DNA of 63,517 bases, counting the filler, from Bdellovibrionota bacterium (GTDB lineage: Bacteria; Bdellovibrionota; Bdellovibrionia; Bdellovibrionales; JAEYZS01): the NCBI GenBank assembly GCA_963169515.1. It is 7 parts of 7 records of this genome, joined end to end, with 100 filler letters (N's around TTAATTAATTAA, not from the genome) between each part and the next. Parts side by side here need not be neighbours in the genome. Positions count along the whole stretch, not along the records: positions 1 to 29,765 come from CAUJEF010000001.1; 6 more parts are not named here. One strand, 5' to 3'. The notes below the pieces were generated by a model. The model saw only the letters and a program-made list of their open reading frames with translations, was not told the DNA's origin and made no database searches. The position numbers and the translations under genes are program-made. Positions 1-10,193 of the stretch are shown one piece after another; position 1 is the stretch's first letter, and each line of letters opens with the position of its first letter.

Positions 1-418
1 ATTGTTTTTTTAGGTCGGAATTCTTAAGCAGCGATTTGGGGTAATTGGTGACAAGAATTTGCCAGTTGTTTTAAGTGAACAGCTCACCACGAATAGCTTC
101 AAAAGAATTGCCCGTCAAATTTCGGCAGACTTCGGAGCCCAGAAGAACAAGCATCCTGAAACTGTAGTTTGCAATCGCTTTAAAAGAAGTTGGCTCGCCT
201 TCTGCTACATAGACTCGGGCTGGATCCAAACCCATGGCCACAATCATTTTGGAAAGGAGCTCTTTTTCGTGCGGATCGCTTAAGACCGAGGCCCCTAAAA
301 ACATCACGGGTCCCTCGCCCTCTACCTGGACGTTTTGGCCCTTTTCAGCGGCAGGGGTAACTATCGATTCGATACCCAAGACGTCATTTAAGTAACGGTA
401 AAAAGAGGATGTTTCCAT
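1..418 (-). pseudogene. Degenerate family-4 uracil-DNA glycosylase-like gene with an in-frame TAA at 71-73; runs off the window start
   Basis: ELLSKMIVAMGL..VYV and LVLLG..IRG resemble UDG-4. The same frame continues after the stop as NNWQILVTNYPKSLLKNSDLKKQ, matching the UDG-4 C-terminal pattern PTxHPxxLLRN. Confidence 0.6.
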
Positions 419-502
419 AGTGCCCGGAATTTAACCAAGTGCAGCTCGTGTGTAAAGAAAGGTCTTCGGGGCAGAGTGTAAATTGGACCAGTTTTCATAG
501 GA

Positions 503-535
503 ATGTCTCAAGTTGAGACATCCCTACACCGAATA
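503..535 (+). promoter_or_regulatory. Sigma28-like promoter (TCAA-N16-ACCGAATA) overlapped by the palindrome ATGTCTCAA-G-TTGAGACAT
   Basis: Perfect 9-bp-arm palindrome at 503-521; -35 at 508-511; -10 at 528-535. Confidence 0.5.
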
Positions 536-569
536 GCCTCGTGATGGACAGGATGTCCTGGGAGGAATT

Positions 570-767
570 ATGGATCTACAAAAAGGCTTACCAGTAACGC
601 ACATATCTCACGATGAAGTAGTAAAGGCGATGTGCACCTGTTCTCTGTGTGGGACGCCTCTAAAGTTTCATCACGTCACCGATTTTAAAGCAAAACAAGT
701 TCAAGAGGCCGCCCAATGCCCTGCCTGCGGCATTAAAACAAAAGTAAACGTATTTGACCTCCAATAA
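570..767 (+). CDS. Small zinc-ribbon-like protein (65 aa)
   Basis: CSLC and CPAC pairs; GGAGG ribosome-binding site upstream. Confidence 0.75.
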   Translation: MDLQKGLPVTHISHDEVVKAMCTCSLCGTPLKFHHVTDFKAKQVQEAAQCPACGIKTKVNVFDLQ

Positions 768-802
768 CATCCGCCCACCGGACAATGGGTGTCTGGCACC
801 CT

Positions 803-832
803 AAAAAAAAGAGCCACCTTTTCAGGTGGCTC
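803..832 (-). terminator. Rho-independent terminator downstream of the AAA+/M41 gene
   Basis: Minus strand reads GAGCCACCT-GAAA-AGGTGGCTC followed by T8. Confidence 0.85.
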
Positions 833-871
833 AGAAACTAGACCCCTCGGCTCTCAAATCAATCAAGAGGT

Positions 872-3800
872 TTAATTCCCTCCGAAGAGATTCAAACAAC
901 TGCCCCCTACAGGCAATTGTTTTTTCATGCTCGTCTTCCCACGAATCGGAGCTGAATTCGGTATTGGAACTTGTGATACAATTTTTTCTTTTTGCGCTTT
1001 TACAAAGTCTCCTGTCCCAGAGACAGTTTGTGGCCTTGGTAAATGCGGCAACAATTTTGAGTCTCGCGTTGTTGGTTTATATCTTGATGCAAATCGCGCC
1101 TTCAAAGACGCGGCAGAGGACGTCGTTAACTCTCTAACTGCTCCATACTTGTATGGATTTTTCACTGTTCTTTCAGAATAGAATTTATCAAGTTCTGGTT
1201 TTAATACGATCCCCTTTTCAGCCAATACCAACATCATTGGAACCAGATGAGAATCATAGTTCAATAATAAGGTCTTTCGCGCTAATGCTTGTGCCTGCTT
1301 TAAAGATTGATTAAGCAATTTTTCATACAGCTTCCGGCGGTCACCGGTTAAATCACTTGGGCTATTGGCTTTGTAATTACCCCACTCCGGGAACACGCCC
1401 GCCTTAAGAATTGCATACGTCAACACCGCATTGGCACGTTCGATATCATTGCTCTTTCCAGAATCGTCACGTGCGCCTATCGTCACAAGCTTTTGCGCTT
1501 CAGCACCACCCAGCAGGCGCGCCGCTTGTTCAATAAACGCTTGCTTTGTCATGATCATGATTTCCTTTTCATCTGTCGATGCTAAGCCTAGGTATCGAAT
1601 CCACTGGTCTTCAATATTTGCAACGCCCGGAATAATCGTGATCATATCATTCATATCCTTATCACCCATTAAAACTTGACCGACGATATTATGGCCCGCC
1701 TCATGCGCTGCTGTGATGATTTGATCTTCTGGATTAATAGTCGGAAAATACTGTCGCTCATTGCGCTCTAATCTCCATTCCAACGTACGGCCATCTGAAA
1801 CAAGAACGTCATAAATCACATCGTTGTCCGACGCTTCTGCATAGATGCTTGAAATCGTACCGCGAAATTCACGCTCGTATTTTTCTTGGCGCGCTTTTAG
1901 GACCACTTGGCTACCAGACGCTACGTTGTTTTTAACCAACAAATAACGGAGAGTGCCTTCGCTCATTGATCCGTTAATGTAGTTTCGAATACCACGACCT
2001 TGAGTTTCTGCTGTAAAGGCCGCTTCTTCAACCAGATCGACCATTCGAAGATAATCTTTTTCACTGTCGAACATCACGTCCCAGCCGCGGTCGCCCTCTA
2101 AAACTTTCATTTTCTCAACATTGCGACCGACCAATTTCATTGTCACCCGCCGAGCAGTATCAAAATTTTGCGGCCCAAACCAAATAATATTATTTTCCGG
2201 AATACGATTCACCAACGCGACCGGCATTTCTTTTTCCAGTGCGCGCCGTTGAGCGCCTCGATCCCTTAGAAACTGTCGGAACATCTCAACATAGGCAGTC
2301 ATTTTCTCTGTTTCTGGAATGTTTTTGGGAATAGCCTGATACATTTGAGCCCCAACATTTCCATTTAATACAAAAACAACATTTGTCATCGGACGTGGCT
2401 TGTTATCAGAAAATAACTTTACAACGGATTCATCAAACAGTGGGTATAATGGTACTAAAATTCTAGGATTTGTCAGAGCTGCATTTACAACTTCTTCCAA
2501 TAAAACATAGACCGTCCCGTTCCCACGATCATATTGATTCATAAAATCCGACTTTATATACGATTCTCCATTTTTTTCTCCGTAGAATTTCTTGGTCACC
2601 TCGGCTTCTGTGGTAAGCGTATTAAAGTCAACGACGAAAAGGTCGTCTGCACCGCCTGGAAGCTGATCCGCTGCGACCTCTTTTGCAACCTCAGTTTTCC
2701 CAACGCCAGAAATTCCAAGCAAAGCAATTTTTTGGGCCGGGCTGTGGTCGCTAAACTCTTTGCGTGCACGATTTTGCGAAGCTTGAATATTGGTAAAAAT
2801 CATTTCCAATTTTTCAAGCACCTGGTCTACCCCATAGACATTATCCTTCAATCGTTTTGCCATGCCAATGGCCTTAATTTTTTCATTTTGAACAGGCATC
2901 TTTGGAATATCAGCACGAGTTACACGAACTTCTTGGCGAAACAGTTCTCTTCCCGAAGTAAAATCATTGAACACTAAAAATGCGACTTTATTTTGCTGAA
3001 CTTCGATATCAAGCTTAAACTGATGCCCTTTCCCGTTATTATTCCCTTTGATCAGGCCCTGTTTTATAGCATCAAAAATTGTGTCCCGGACGACGGTATT
3101 TACCTTATCTTCAATTGGGCGAGCATTCGCTTCTGGATTATAATGATATTCTTGAATAAAATTAACCAATGCCTCACTCGGTTCGAAGGAAATGCTGCCG
3201 TAGTATCCCGTTGCCGCGTCCATAACTTCCCCAAGCTTTGCAAGCTTATCACGAGCAATCAGACGCAAGTTTTCAGGTGACGTATTTTCCATAAGGATAA
3301 GCTCCGAATCTGAAATACGATTGAGCGTTTCTTCAGAAATCCCACGACGATATTCAGAGTTTACATTGGGGCCATCGAAGGCATTTGTTTTTAAAATTTC
3401 ATCCCTTAAAATATCGGGACGATCAGCATAAAGCTCATAAGCCGCCTGGGTTTCCTCGTATGTTTTGGGACGATTTCCCACAACCCGTCCATCGGCTTCA
3501 CGCGGGGACATCAATCCAATCCCCTCGTTTGAAGCGATATCTATGTTCACAGGCACATAGAGCTCGGCTACTCCTTTACCTGGATTATTTAAAGATACAT
3601 AACCTTTTTCAATGAATTGCTTCAAAAATTCATCTTTTGCATTTCTTGACCAATTATGGAATTCATTTGCAAACAGCACCCCGAGTTCTGGGGGAAAGTA
3701 TCCATCTAAAACCATTCCCGGTTTCCAGTTGGGATTTTCTATAATATAAGGATCACCTTCCTTCATTCCCATACCCATTGGTCCATTTGTGTCTTGTTTT

Positions 3801-4879
3801 ATTTCATATCTTCCTGCTGAAAATTTCACAAGCCAGCGAATGAACGGTGTGATCCCCTCTGAGCCTTTGTACCCTGTATTAGACCCGATAACCTTCCAAA
3901 GATCTGCATCTCTTCTCATTACAGGGAGTCGGAAAAACATTGGAATTCCACCATCTAACTTCTGATAAGCTCCGATTTGATCAAACAGACCATCCACGAG
4001 CGCCTCTGTGCTCGTATCCTTTCCGTTTCCTGGTGAACCCATTTTGTAAGCTGTGACGTATGGTCGCGTGCGATGTCCAATTCCCATTGTTTTAATTTCT
4101 AAAGCTACGTTGAGGTAACGATCCTTTACTCGTTGCTGGCCGCGTATACGTTCTAAGTGCGTTTTGAATTTTTCGATTCGGGACTCATCAAAGTCAAAAT
4201 TTCTTTTCACCCCAGGTAGCCCGAGCGTCCCTTCCCGTCGAGCTACTGTTGAATCAGATTCTGTCGGCGCTTCTTTTTTCGACCTATTATCAAGGAGCGG
4301 TACTTGCGCTTTATTTTTAGCCTCCCGCTCCTTCATTCGGCGAGCAATGACGAGGTTTAAGGAACCCAGCACTGACGCAGGTTTACCCTCTACCCTTTGT
4401 TTTGCAGCAATAAGTTCATTTCGGAGCTGCTCCATATACGGACGGTTGAAAAGGTGCTTTTCTACTAACTCGACAAAACTTTCCAAGGTGTCTTTTGCAT
4501 ATATCTGTTCTAAGACGCCATTTTCAGGATTGTAGTAATGAACTTCTTTTTGTCCAATTGCGCCTAGCAACTTAATGGTTCTGAATATCATTTTTTTAAC
4601 AAGAACATTGTTCGGATCGTCCAGATTTATATCTCTATAAAACCAGTGTTCGAGTCTGACTAATGCAACAGTAAATATCTCACCAGTAGGGAATTGGGCC
4701 ATATTGGTAAACATATTGTCAGGCGGAAGATAGTCTGGATTTTCTGCCCACGCTCGAAGGACCGATTGGATCTCTCGTGGCGGTGCATTCACTGTATATG
4801 TATAATCATCGATAGATGCAGAATTTGCGGCTACAGAAAATAATACTGTGATCGACAGGATTAAGGATTTCAGTCTCAC
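872..4879 (-). CDS. Signal-peptide protein with two Clp-type AAA+ ATPase modules and a C-terminal M41 (FtsH-like) zinc protease
   Basis: Likely GTG start at 4879 with AAAGGGG RBS. Signal peptide MRLKSLILSITVLFSVAANSA; Walker A motifs GSPGNGKD and GISGVGKT; protease motifs HEAGH, LLGG and GKSND. Confidence 0.85.
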   Translation of the reverse strand: MRLKSLILSITVLFSVAANSASIDDYTYTVNAPPREIQSVLRAWAENPDYLPPDNMFTNMAQFPTGEIFTVALVRLEHWFYRDINLDDPNNVLVKKMIFRTIKLLGAIGQKEVHYYNPENGVLEQIYAKDTLESFVELVEKHLFNRPYMEQLRNELIAAKQRVEGKPASVLGSLNLVIARRMKEREAKNKAQVPLLDNRSKKEAPTESDSTVARREGTLGLPGVKRNFDFDESRIEKFKTHLERIRGQQRVKDRYLNVALEIKTMGIGHRTRPYVTAYKMGSPGNGKDTSTEALVDGLFDQIGAYQKLDGGIPMFFRLPVMRRDADLWKVIGSNTGYKGSEGITPFIRWLVKFSAGRYEIKQDTNGPMGMGMKEGDPYIIENPNWKPGMVLDGYFPPELGVLFANEFHNWSRNAKDEFLKQFIEKGYVSLNNPGKGVAELYVPVNIDIASNEGIGLMSPREADGRVVGNRPKTYEETQAAYELYADRPDILRDEILKTNAFDGPNVNSEYRRGISEETLNRISDSELILMENTSPENLRLIARDKLAKLGEVMDAATGYYGSISFEPSEALVNFIQEYHYNPEANARPIEDKVNTVVRDTIFDAIKQGLIKGNNNGKGHQFKLDIEVQQNKVAFLVFNDFTSGRELFRQEVRVTRADIPKMPVQNEKIKAIGMAKRLKDNVYGVDQVLEKLEMIFTNIQASQNRARKEFSDHSPAQKIALLGISGVGKTEVAKEVAADQLPGGADDLFVVDFNTLTTEAEVTKKFYGEKNGESYIKSDFMNQYDRGNGTVYVLLEEVVNAALTNPRILVPLYPLFDESVVKLFSDNKPRPMTNVVFVLNGNVGAQMYQAIPKNIPETEKMTAYVEMFRQFLRDRGAQRRALEKEMPVALVNRIPENNIIWFGPQNFDTARRVTMKLVGRNVEKMKVLEGDRGWDVMFDSEKDYLRMVDLVEEAAFTAETQGRGIRNYINGSMSEGTLRYLLVKNNVASGSQVVLKARQEKYEREFRGTISSIYAEASDNDVIYDVLVSDGRTLEWRLERNERQYFPTINPEDQIITAAHEAGHNIVGQVLMGDKDMNDMITIIPGVANIEDQWIRYLGLASTDEKEIMIMTKQAFIEQAARLLGGAEAQKLVTIGARDDSGKSNDIERANAVLTYAILKAGVFPEWGNYKANSPSDLTGDRRKLYEKLLNQSLKQAQALARKTLLLNYDSHLVPMMLVLAEKGIVLKPELDKFYSERTVKNPYKYGAVRELTTSSAASLKARFASRYKPTTRDSKLLPHLPRPQTVSGTGDFVKAQKEKIVSQVPIPNSAPIRGKTSMKKQLPVGGSCLNLFGGN

Positions 4880-5218
4880 GGTCGTCGCCCCTTTACAAGC
4901 CTTCACCGGTCGTGGGATACCTTAGAAAGCTTTCCCTTAAATCCTCCCCCCTCTATGCCATTTTGAAACTCTATTGCCCCTCTTGTTTCAAAATCATTTA
5001 AGATTACTCTTAACTACCCTAACAGTTCCGGCTTTAGGCCCCCGCTCTTGCGCGTTTCGTGTCAGGTGATCGTGTTTTACTGTCAAAGTGTTGAAGATTT
5101 CAAGACGGTTTCGTTATACATGAACATTTTCTATCGAGTTATAATAGTTTCCGGCAGTCAGTCTATAACAAATATTTATAGTAACAGTAAAACTATTACT
5201 TTCCGACAATTTGCTCTT

Positions 5219-5283
5219 TAAAAACGAGTTCCGCAATGTGCGATGCTCACAGTAGTAAGCAGTGCTGCCTGAGGACTGTCTGA
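5219..5283. repeat. 65-bp direct repeat, copy 1
   Basis: 61/65 identical to 6198-6262. Confidence 0.95.
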
Positions 5284-5328
5284 GATTTTTCAAAAAAAAT
5301 AATAAGTTAGATAGGGCCAAGGACGGCA

Positions 5329-5362
5329 TTTCAACACGCAAGTAGGCCAGCTTTTAGCTGCC
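5329..5362 (+). repeat. Left inverted repeat with a REP-like GTAG hairpin
   Basis: TTTCAACACGCAAGTAGGCCAGCTTTTAGC; imperfect reverse complement at 6129-6157. Confidence 0.75.
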
Positions 5363-5372
5363 ACCACCACAG

Positions 5373-5954
5373 CTAGCCCGATTGCAATAGTTCACGCTGA
5401 CGCTGAATAAGAACCTTCGCTACGTCTCGCCTAAATCCCTGCCCCTCAAGGCTATTTATTTTTATATAATCTTTTAATGATAAGCGCGCCTTCCAGCCAA
5501 TTACTACTCTGGTAAATGGGCGCAAGTCCCAGAATTTCGTAATTCCGACTTGGGCTTTTGTTTTCCATCGGCTCACGCCCGTTATTTTCATTGCAATAGC
5601 TGCTGTAATAGCGCGAATAAAGGGCTTATAGGTATGGCGGTTTGTAAGCTGAATTTCCAAATGAATGTGGTTTCCAACATTAGCCCCATGAAGAAGTTTC
5701 ACCTCATATTTTGTCGAGAATTTCCTCAGAATAATTTTTATGTTTTTTTTATTGTGAGGCGCCAAAAAGGACCACCCTCCCTTTGCTTGCGAAGATCTCA
5801 GAACCAGATGCATCGTTTGTCTGGTCACAATTGGGCGCCCTGAAAGGCGACCTTTTCGCTTTTTTAAAAGTTCGCCGCCGTAAGATTTTTCTGCTCTGCT
5901 AAAAAGTTCCTTTTGCATGTGAACGAAGGTATTTGAAAGCTGTCTAAATGGCAA
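5373..5954 (-). mobile_element. HUH/Y1 tyrosine transposase (IS200/RAYT-like TnpA); alternative start at 5918
   Basis: HLVLR, NHIHL (HUH motif), FWD.RPFTR and DYIKIN (catalytic Tyr). Confidence 0.8.
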
Positions 5955-6128
5955 TAGTCATTGCGCTGCAAGAACAATAAAACCTCAAATTTTATCACCA
6001 TAAAGGTCAACATTCATTCGAACGGTATGGGTCTTGGGGCCTCAGTTTCTGTCTTGGGCTTAGATCAACTCAGCACTTAATAACATTCAAAAACAGACTC
6101 AATTTTTGGCAAGTCCAAATGATACGAT

Positions 6129-6157
6129 GCTAAAGCTGGCCCACTTGATTGTTGAAA
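6129..6157 (-). repeat. Right inverted repeat with a GTGG tetranucleotide
   Basis: Minus strand reads TTTCAACAATCAAGTGGGCCAGCTTTAGC. Confidence 0.75.
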
Positions 6158-6197
6158 AAGAAAAATCCGGAACCCGCTAGCGTATTGTTACACCTTG

Positions 6198-6262
6198 TAA
6201 AAACGAGTTCCGCAATGTGCGATGCTCACAGTAGTGAGCGGCGCTGCCTGAGGATTGTCTGA
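6198..6262. repeat. 65-bp direct repeat, copy 2, 5 bp from the uvrC stop
   Basis: Contains the hairpin GCTCAC-AGTA-GTGAGC. Confidence 0.95.
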
Positions 6263-6267
6263 AGTTT

Positions 6268-8172
6268 CTACTTTTCGCCACCATCATTATTGGCTGCGGC
6301 TTCTTCATCTGCTGTATGGGACTCTTCGTGGAGTTTTTCCAATACCTTGGTTGCAAGCTCTTTGCTCATCCCTTTCACCTTTACCAGATCATCGACTGTG
6401 GCTTCACGGATAGAATCAATCGACGGAAACTTCTGCAGCAGTTCCATTTTCTTTTTAGGTCCCAGACCATCAATGTGATCCAGCACACTTTCAAAAACTG
6501 ACGATTCACGAAGCTTCCGGTGATAGGTAATCGCAAATCGATGAGCCTCATCGCGAAGGTTTACTAAAATCTTATAGGCTTCTGATGTGGGCTTAAAAAT
6601 AACGGGATTTGCACGTCCTGGTAAGAAAAACCGTTCCTCACTTCGCCTAATTTCTTCGGACTGAAAATCTTGTTCAGTTCTTGCTTTGGCAATCGAGGCC
6701 ACTGCCAATTCCGTGCGGCCCAATTCCTTTAGAACTTCGACAACAACATTTAACTGCCCTTTGCCACCATCAATCAATATCAAATCTGGGTCATCATATT
6801 CCATGTGCGAAAGTCTTCGTGTCAAAACCTCTTTCATTGATTTATAATCGTCGATTCCCTCAACCGTTTTTAACTTGTATCGGCGATATTGATCCGTATT
6901 GGGAACACCTTCTTCAAACACCACTTGGGACGCAACGGTCTCTTTACCCTGCAAATGCGAAATATCAAAACATTCAATCCGCCGAGGAATTCCGCCCAGA
7001 TGTAGTTTTTCTTTGATCTCTTCCAGTGCCCCTGTTTTGCTTTCGGATTTGCTCACATGGTCTTTGAATTTTTGTTTGACATTCCTATCGGCCATCTCGA
7101 CAAGTTTTGCCCCCTCGGTATCCATCGGATACCGTATCGAAACATTGTGCCCCGAACGCTCTTTCAATACTGCTTGTAAAAGAGGGATAATTTCACGTCC
7201 CAAATCAATCGGAATAAGAATTTCATCCGGGACAATATTGTCTTCGTAGTACTGGTTGATAAAAGAGACAAACCAATCCCGTGGATCTTCTTCTGGGGTA
7301 GTCATCACAACTTGAGCCAAAAAGTGCGACCGTGAACCAATCACCCGGCCCTGTCGAACGTGAATAACCTCAACACTCGTTCCCCTTTCATCGCCAAAAA
7401 AACTTATTGCGTCTTGATCAAGATCCACATCGTCGTTCACCACTATCTGCTTTTCCATAATCTTCGCAATGGCTGTAACCGCATCACGAACCTTGGCCGC
7501 TTTTTCAAAGTCTTCCTCTTTGGCGGCAGTTTTCATTTCACTTTCCAATTCCCTTAATACTATTTTATTTTTTCCTCGCAAAAACTGTATTGCTCGTTTG
7601 ATATTTTTCCCGTAATCGTCAGCGCTGATGTAATTCACACACGGCGCCGTACATCTACCGATTTGGTAGGTCAAGCATGGTCGTGTTCGATTCTTCATAA
7701 AATGATCGCTACAATCGCGGATTTGAAAGGTTTGGTTTAAGAATTTAATGATTTGGTGAACGTACCAACCACCCGTATAAGGGCCAAAATAAAGATCCCC
7801 ATCTTTTTTTACCTTTCGAACCAAATAAAGCCTTGGAAATTCATCGGTCATACTGAATTTAACATACGGGTAAGCCTTATCGTCCTTAAGCCGAATATTA
7901 TAACGCGGTTTATGTTTTTTGATCAGAGAGGCTTCCAGTAAGTACGCTTCAACTTCTGTTTTTGTAATAAGATACGCGATATCTTTGATCTGGCTTACAA
8001 GGAATTTTGTCTTGGGAGATATATCCCCATTCCCGAAATAACTTAAAACCCGTGCTCGAATCCGCTTTGCCTTTCCGACGTAAATAATTCGATCCGCATC
8101 GTTTTTCATAAGATAAACGCCCGGCTCTTGCGGAAATTTTGATATCAATTCTTTTATCTGGTCTTTAGTCAT
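6268..8172 (-). CDS. uvrC: Excinuclease ABC subunit C
   Basis: PGVY..IYVGKAK (GIY-YIG), [23 protein letters not shown] and HhH tail. Confidence 0.98.
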   Translation of the reverse strand: MTKDQIKELISKFPQEPGVYLMKNDADRIIYVGKAKRIRARVLSYFGNGDISPKTKFLVSQIKDIAYLITKTEVEAYLLEASLIKKHKPRYNIRLKDDKAYPYVKFSMTDEFPRLYLVRKVKKDGDLYFGPYTGGWYVHQIIKFLNQTFQIRDCSDHFMKNRTRPCLTYQIGRCTAPCVNYISADDYGKNIKRAIQFLRGKNKIVLRELESEMKTAAKEEDFEKAAKVRDAVTAIAKIMEKQIVVNDDVDLDQDAISFFGDERGTSVEVIHVRQGRVIGSRSHFLAQVVMTTPEEDPRDWFVSFINQYYEDNIVPDEILIPIDLGREIIPLLQAVLKERSGHNVSIRYPMDTEGAKLVEMADRNVKQKFKDHVSKSESKTGALEEIKEKLHLGGIPRRIECFDISHLQGKETVASQVVFEEGVPNTDQYRRYKLKTVEGIDDYKSMKEVLTRRLSHMEYDDPDLILIDGGKGQLNVVVEVLKELGRTELAVASIAKARTEQDFQSEEIRRSEERFFLPGRANPVIFKPTSEAYKILVNLRDEAHRFAITYHRKLRESSVFESVLDHIDGLGPKKKMELLQKFPSIDSIREATVDDLVKVKGMSKELATKVLEKLHEESHTADEEAAANNDGGEK

Positions 8173-10184
8173 TCCAAGGACTCTCTTGATTCCAGCTCCT
8201 TGTACTCTAGACGTTTGATTTCGTCACGAATCTCAGCTGCGCGTTCAAAATCCAATTGATCAGAAGCCTCTTTCATTTCCCTGCGTAACGTCTCGATTTC
8301 TTTGCGAATCGCAGGGGCATCTTTTACGGACCTTTTCTCGCCACTGATAGGGATAACGTAATCACTCATCTCATAAATCTCCATCAACCCCTTTGAAATA
8401 TTCTTTTTAATTGTGGCAGGGGTAATCCCGTGCTTTTCGTTATATTCTTTTTGAATCTGACGACGACGATCTGTTTCCCTTACCGCCTTTTCAATTGCTG
8501 CTGTTTTTCGATCCGCATACAGAATAACCACGCCCTCAGAATTTCGCGCAGCCCGGCCTATGGTTTGAATCAAGGATCGTTCCGATCGCAAAAAACCTTC
8601 CTTGTCAGCTTCTAAAATCGCAACAAGACTCACCTCTGGTATATCCAAGCCTTCTCGCAGCAAATTAATTCCAATTAAGACGTCAAAAATACCAATCCGC
8701 AAATCACGAATGATTTCCGTGCGCTCGACAGTTTTGATCTCGCTATGAAGGTACTTTACTTTCACTTTCAGCTGGGAAAAATATTCTGTCAAATCCTCGG
8801 CACTTTGTTTCGTAAGAGTTGTCACCAGCACTCGTTCTTTTTTCGATACTCTTTTTCGAATTTCAGCCAACAAATCGTCCACCTGATTTTTTGCAGAACG
8901 AATTTCAACCACGGGATCTAACAATCCGGTCGGCCGAATAATCTGCTCTATGATTAACCCGTTACTTTTATTAAATTCGTATTCGGCCGGAGTTGCAGAT
9001 ACGTAAACAACTTTATCGACAATTTTTTCAAATTCTTCAAAGTTAAGTGGTCGGTTATCTAGCGCTGACGGCAAGCGGAATCCATGCTCTACAAGAGTGA
9101 GCTTTCTTGCCCGATCTCCGCGATACATTCCACCCACCTGCGGTATTGTCACATGGCTCTCATCGACAAAGCATAAGAAGTTCTCTGGAAAATAATCTAT
9201 CAGTGTCGGAGGAGCCTCTCCCGGTCCACGCCCCGTGATGTGCCGAGAATAATTTTCGATACCTGAACAAAACCCCATCTCTTCGATCATTTCAATGTCG
9301 TAATAGGTTCGTTGTTCAAGCCTTTGAGCCTCAAGAAGTTTCATATTACTCTTCAATTCAACCAAACGACCCCGAAGCTCTTCTTGAATTGTCTTAATTG
9401 CACGCTTCATAATCTGGTCAGTGCTGACATAGTGGCTTGTGGGATAAATGGATACATCTTTCATTTCGCCTAAAATCTCACCACGTAACGGATCCGTCCA
9501 AAGTATTTTTTCAATGAAGTCGCCAAAAAATTCGATTCGGAGCGCACGCTCTTCTTCCGACGGGGGAAAAATTTCAACAACATCCCCACGCACCCGAAAG
9601 GTTCCCCTATGGAAATCAACATCATTTCTTTGATATTGGATTTTCACAAGTTCTCGCAAGAAATTATCGCGCTTGATATTTTGATTCACCTTTACCTGCA
9701 AAACCATTTCTTTGTAGATATCAGGACTACCGATACCGTAAATGCATGACACAGAACTTACAATCAAGACGTCATTGCGCTCTAATAATGCCCGCGTGGC
9801 AGAGTGCCGCATACGATCAATTTGCTCGTTGATGGCAGAATCTTTTTCGATAAACGTATTGGTTGCCGGAATGTATGCCTCAGGTTGATAATAATCATAA
9901 TATGAAACAAAGTATTCAACAGCATTCTCTGGAAAAATTTCTTTAAATTCTGTGTACAATTGCGCAGCCAATGTCTTGTTGGGGGCCAAAACAAGCGTCG
10001 GCAAGTTCACCTGCTCTACCATGTTCGCCATTGTAAATGTTTTTCCTGACCCCGTAACCCCCAATAAAACCTGATGGGACGGTTGCTCCATTATAATATT
10101 TGATACTAGTTGCTTGATAGCCTTAGGTTGATCCCCCGAAGGCTTATATTCGGAATGTATTTTAAATTTTTTCTTTTTAGCCAT
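8169..10184 (-). CDS. uvrB: Excinuclease ABC subunit B
   Basis: [22 protein letters not shown] and QTIGRAARN. Confidence 0.99.
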   Translation of the reverse strand: MAKKKKFKIHSEYKPSGDQPKAIKQLVSNIIMEQPSHQVLLGVTGSGKTFTMANMVEQVNLPTLVLAPNKTLAAQLYTEFKEIFPENAVEYFVSYYDYYQPEAYIPATNTFIEKDSAINEQIDRMRHSATRALLERNDVLIVSSVSCIYGIGSPDIYKEMVLQVKVNQNIKRDNFLRELVKIQYQRNDVDFHRGTFRVRGDVVEIFPPSEEERALRIEFFGDFIEKILWTDPLRGEILGEMKDVSIYPTSHYVSTDQIMKRAIKTIQEELRGRLVELKSNMKLLEAQRLEQRTYYDIEMIEEMGFCSGIENYSRHITGRGPGEAPPTLIDYFPENFLCFVDESHVTIPQVGGMYRGDRARKLTLVEHGFRLPSALDNRPLNFEEFEKIVDKVVYVSATPAEYEFNKSNGLIIEQIIRPTGLLDPVVEIRSAKNQVDDLLAEIRKRVSKKERVLVTTLTKQSAEDLTEYFSQLKVKVKYLHSEIKTVERTEIIRDLRIGIFDVLIGINLLREGLDIPEVSLVAILEADKEGFLRSERSLIQTIGRAARNSEGVVILYADRKTAAIEKAVRETDRRRQIQKEYNEKHGITPATIKKNISKGLMEIYEMSDYVIPISGEKRSVKDAPAIRKEIETLRREMKEASDQLDFERAAEIRDEIKRLEYKELESRESLE

Positions 10185-10193
10185 TTTAAAACT

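Noticed and set aside
826..4535. Plus-strand ORFs inside the AAA+ gene, and similar antisense ORFs within uvrBC, the S8 protease, recG, PBP1b, the kinase, groEL and tadA
   Set aside because: Shadow frames of well-supported genes with no motifs or RBS.
5114..5341. 75-aa ORF across direct repeat 1
   Set aside because: Spans repeat and AT-rich non-coding DNA; no recognisable features.
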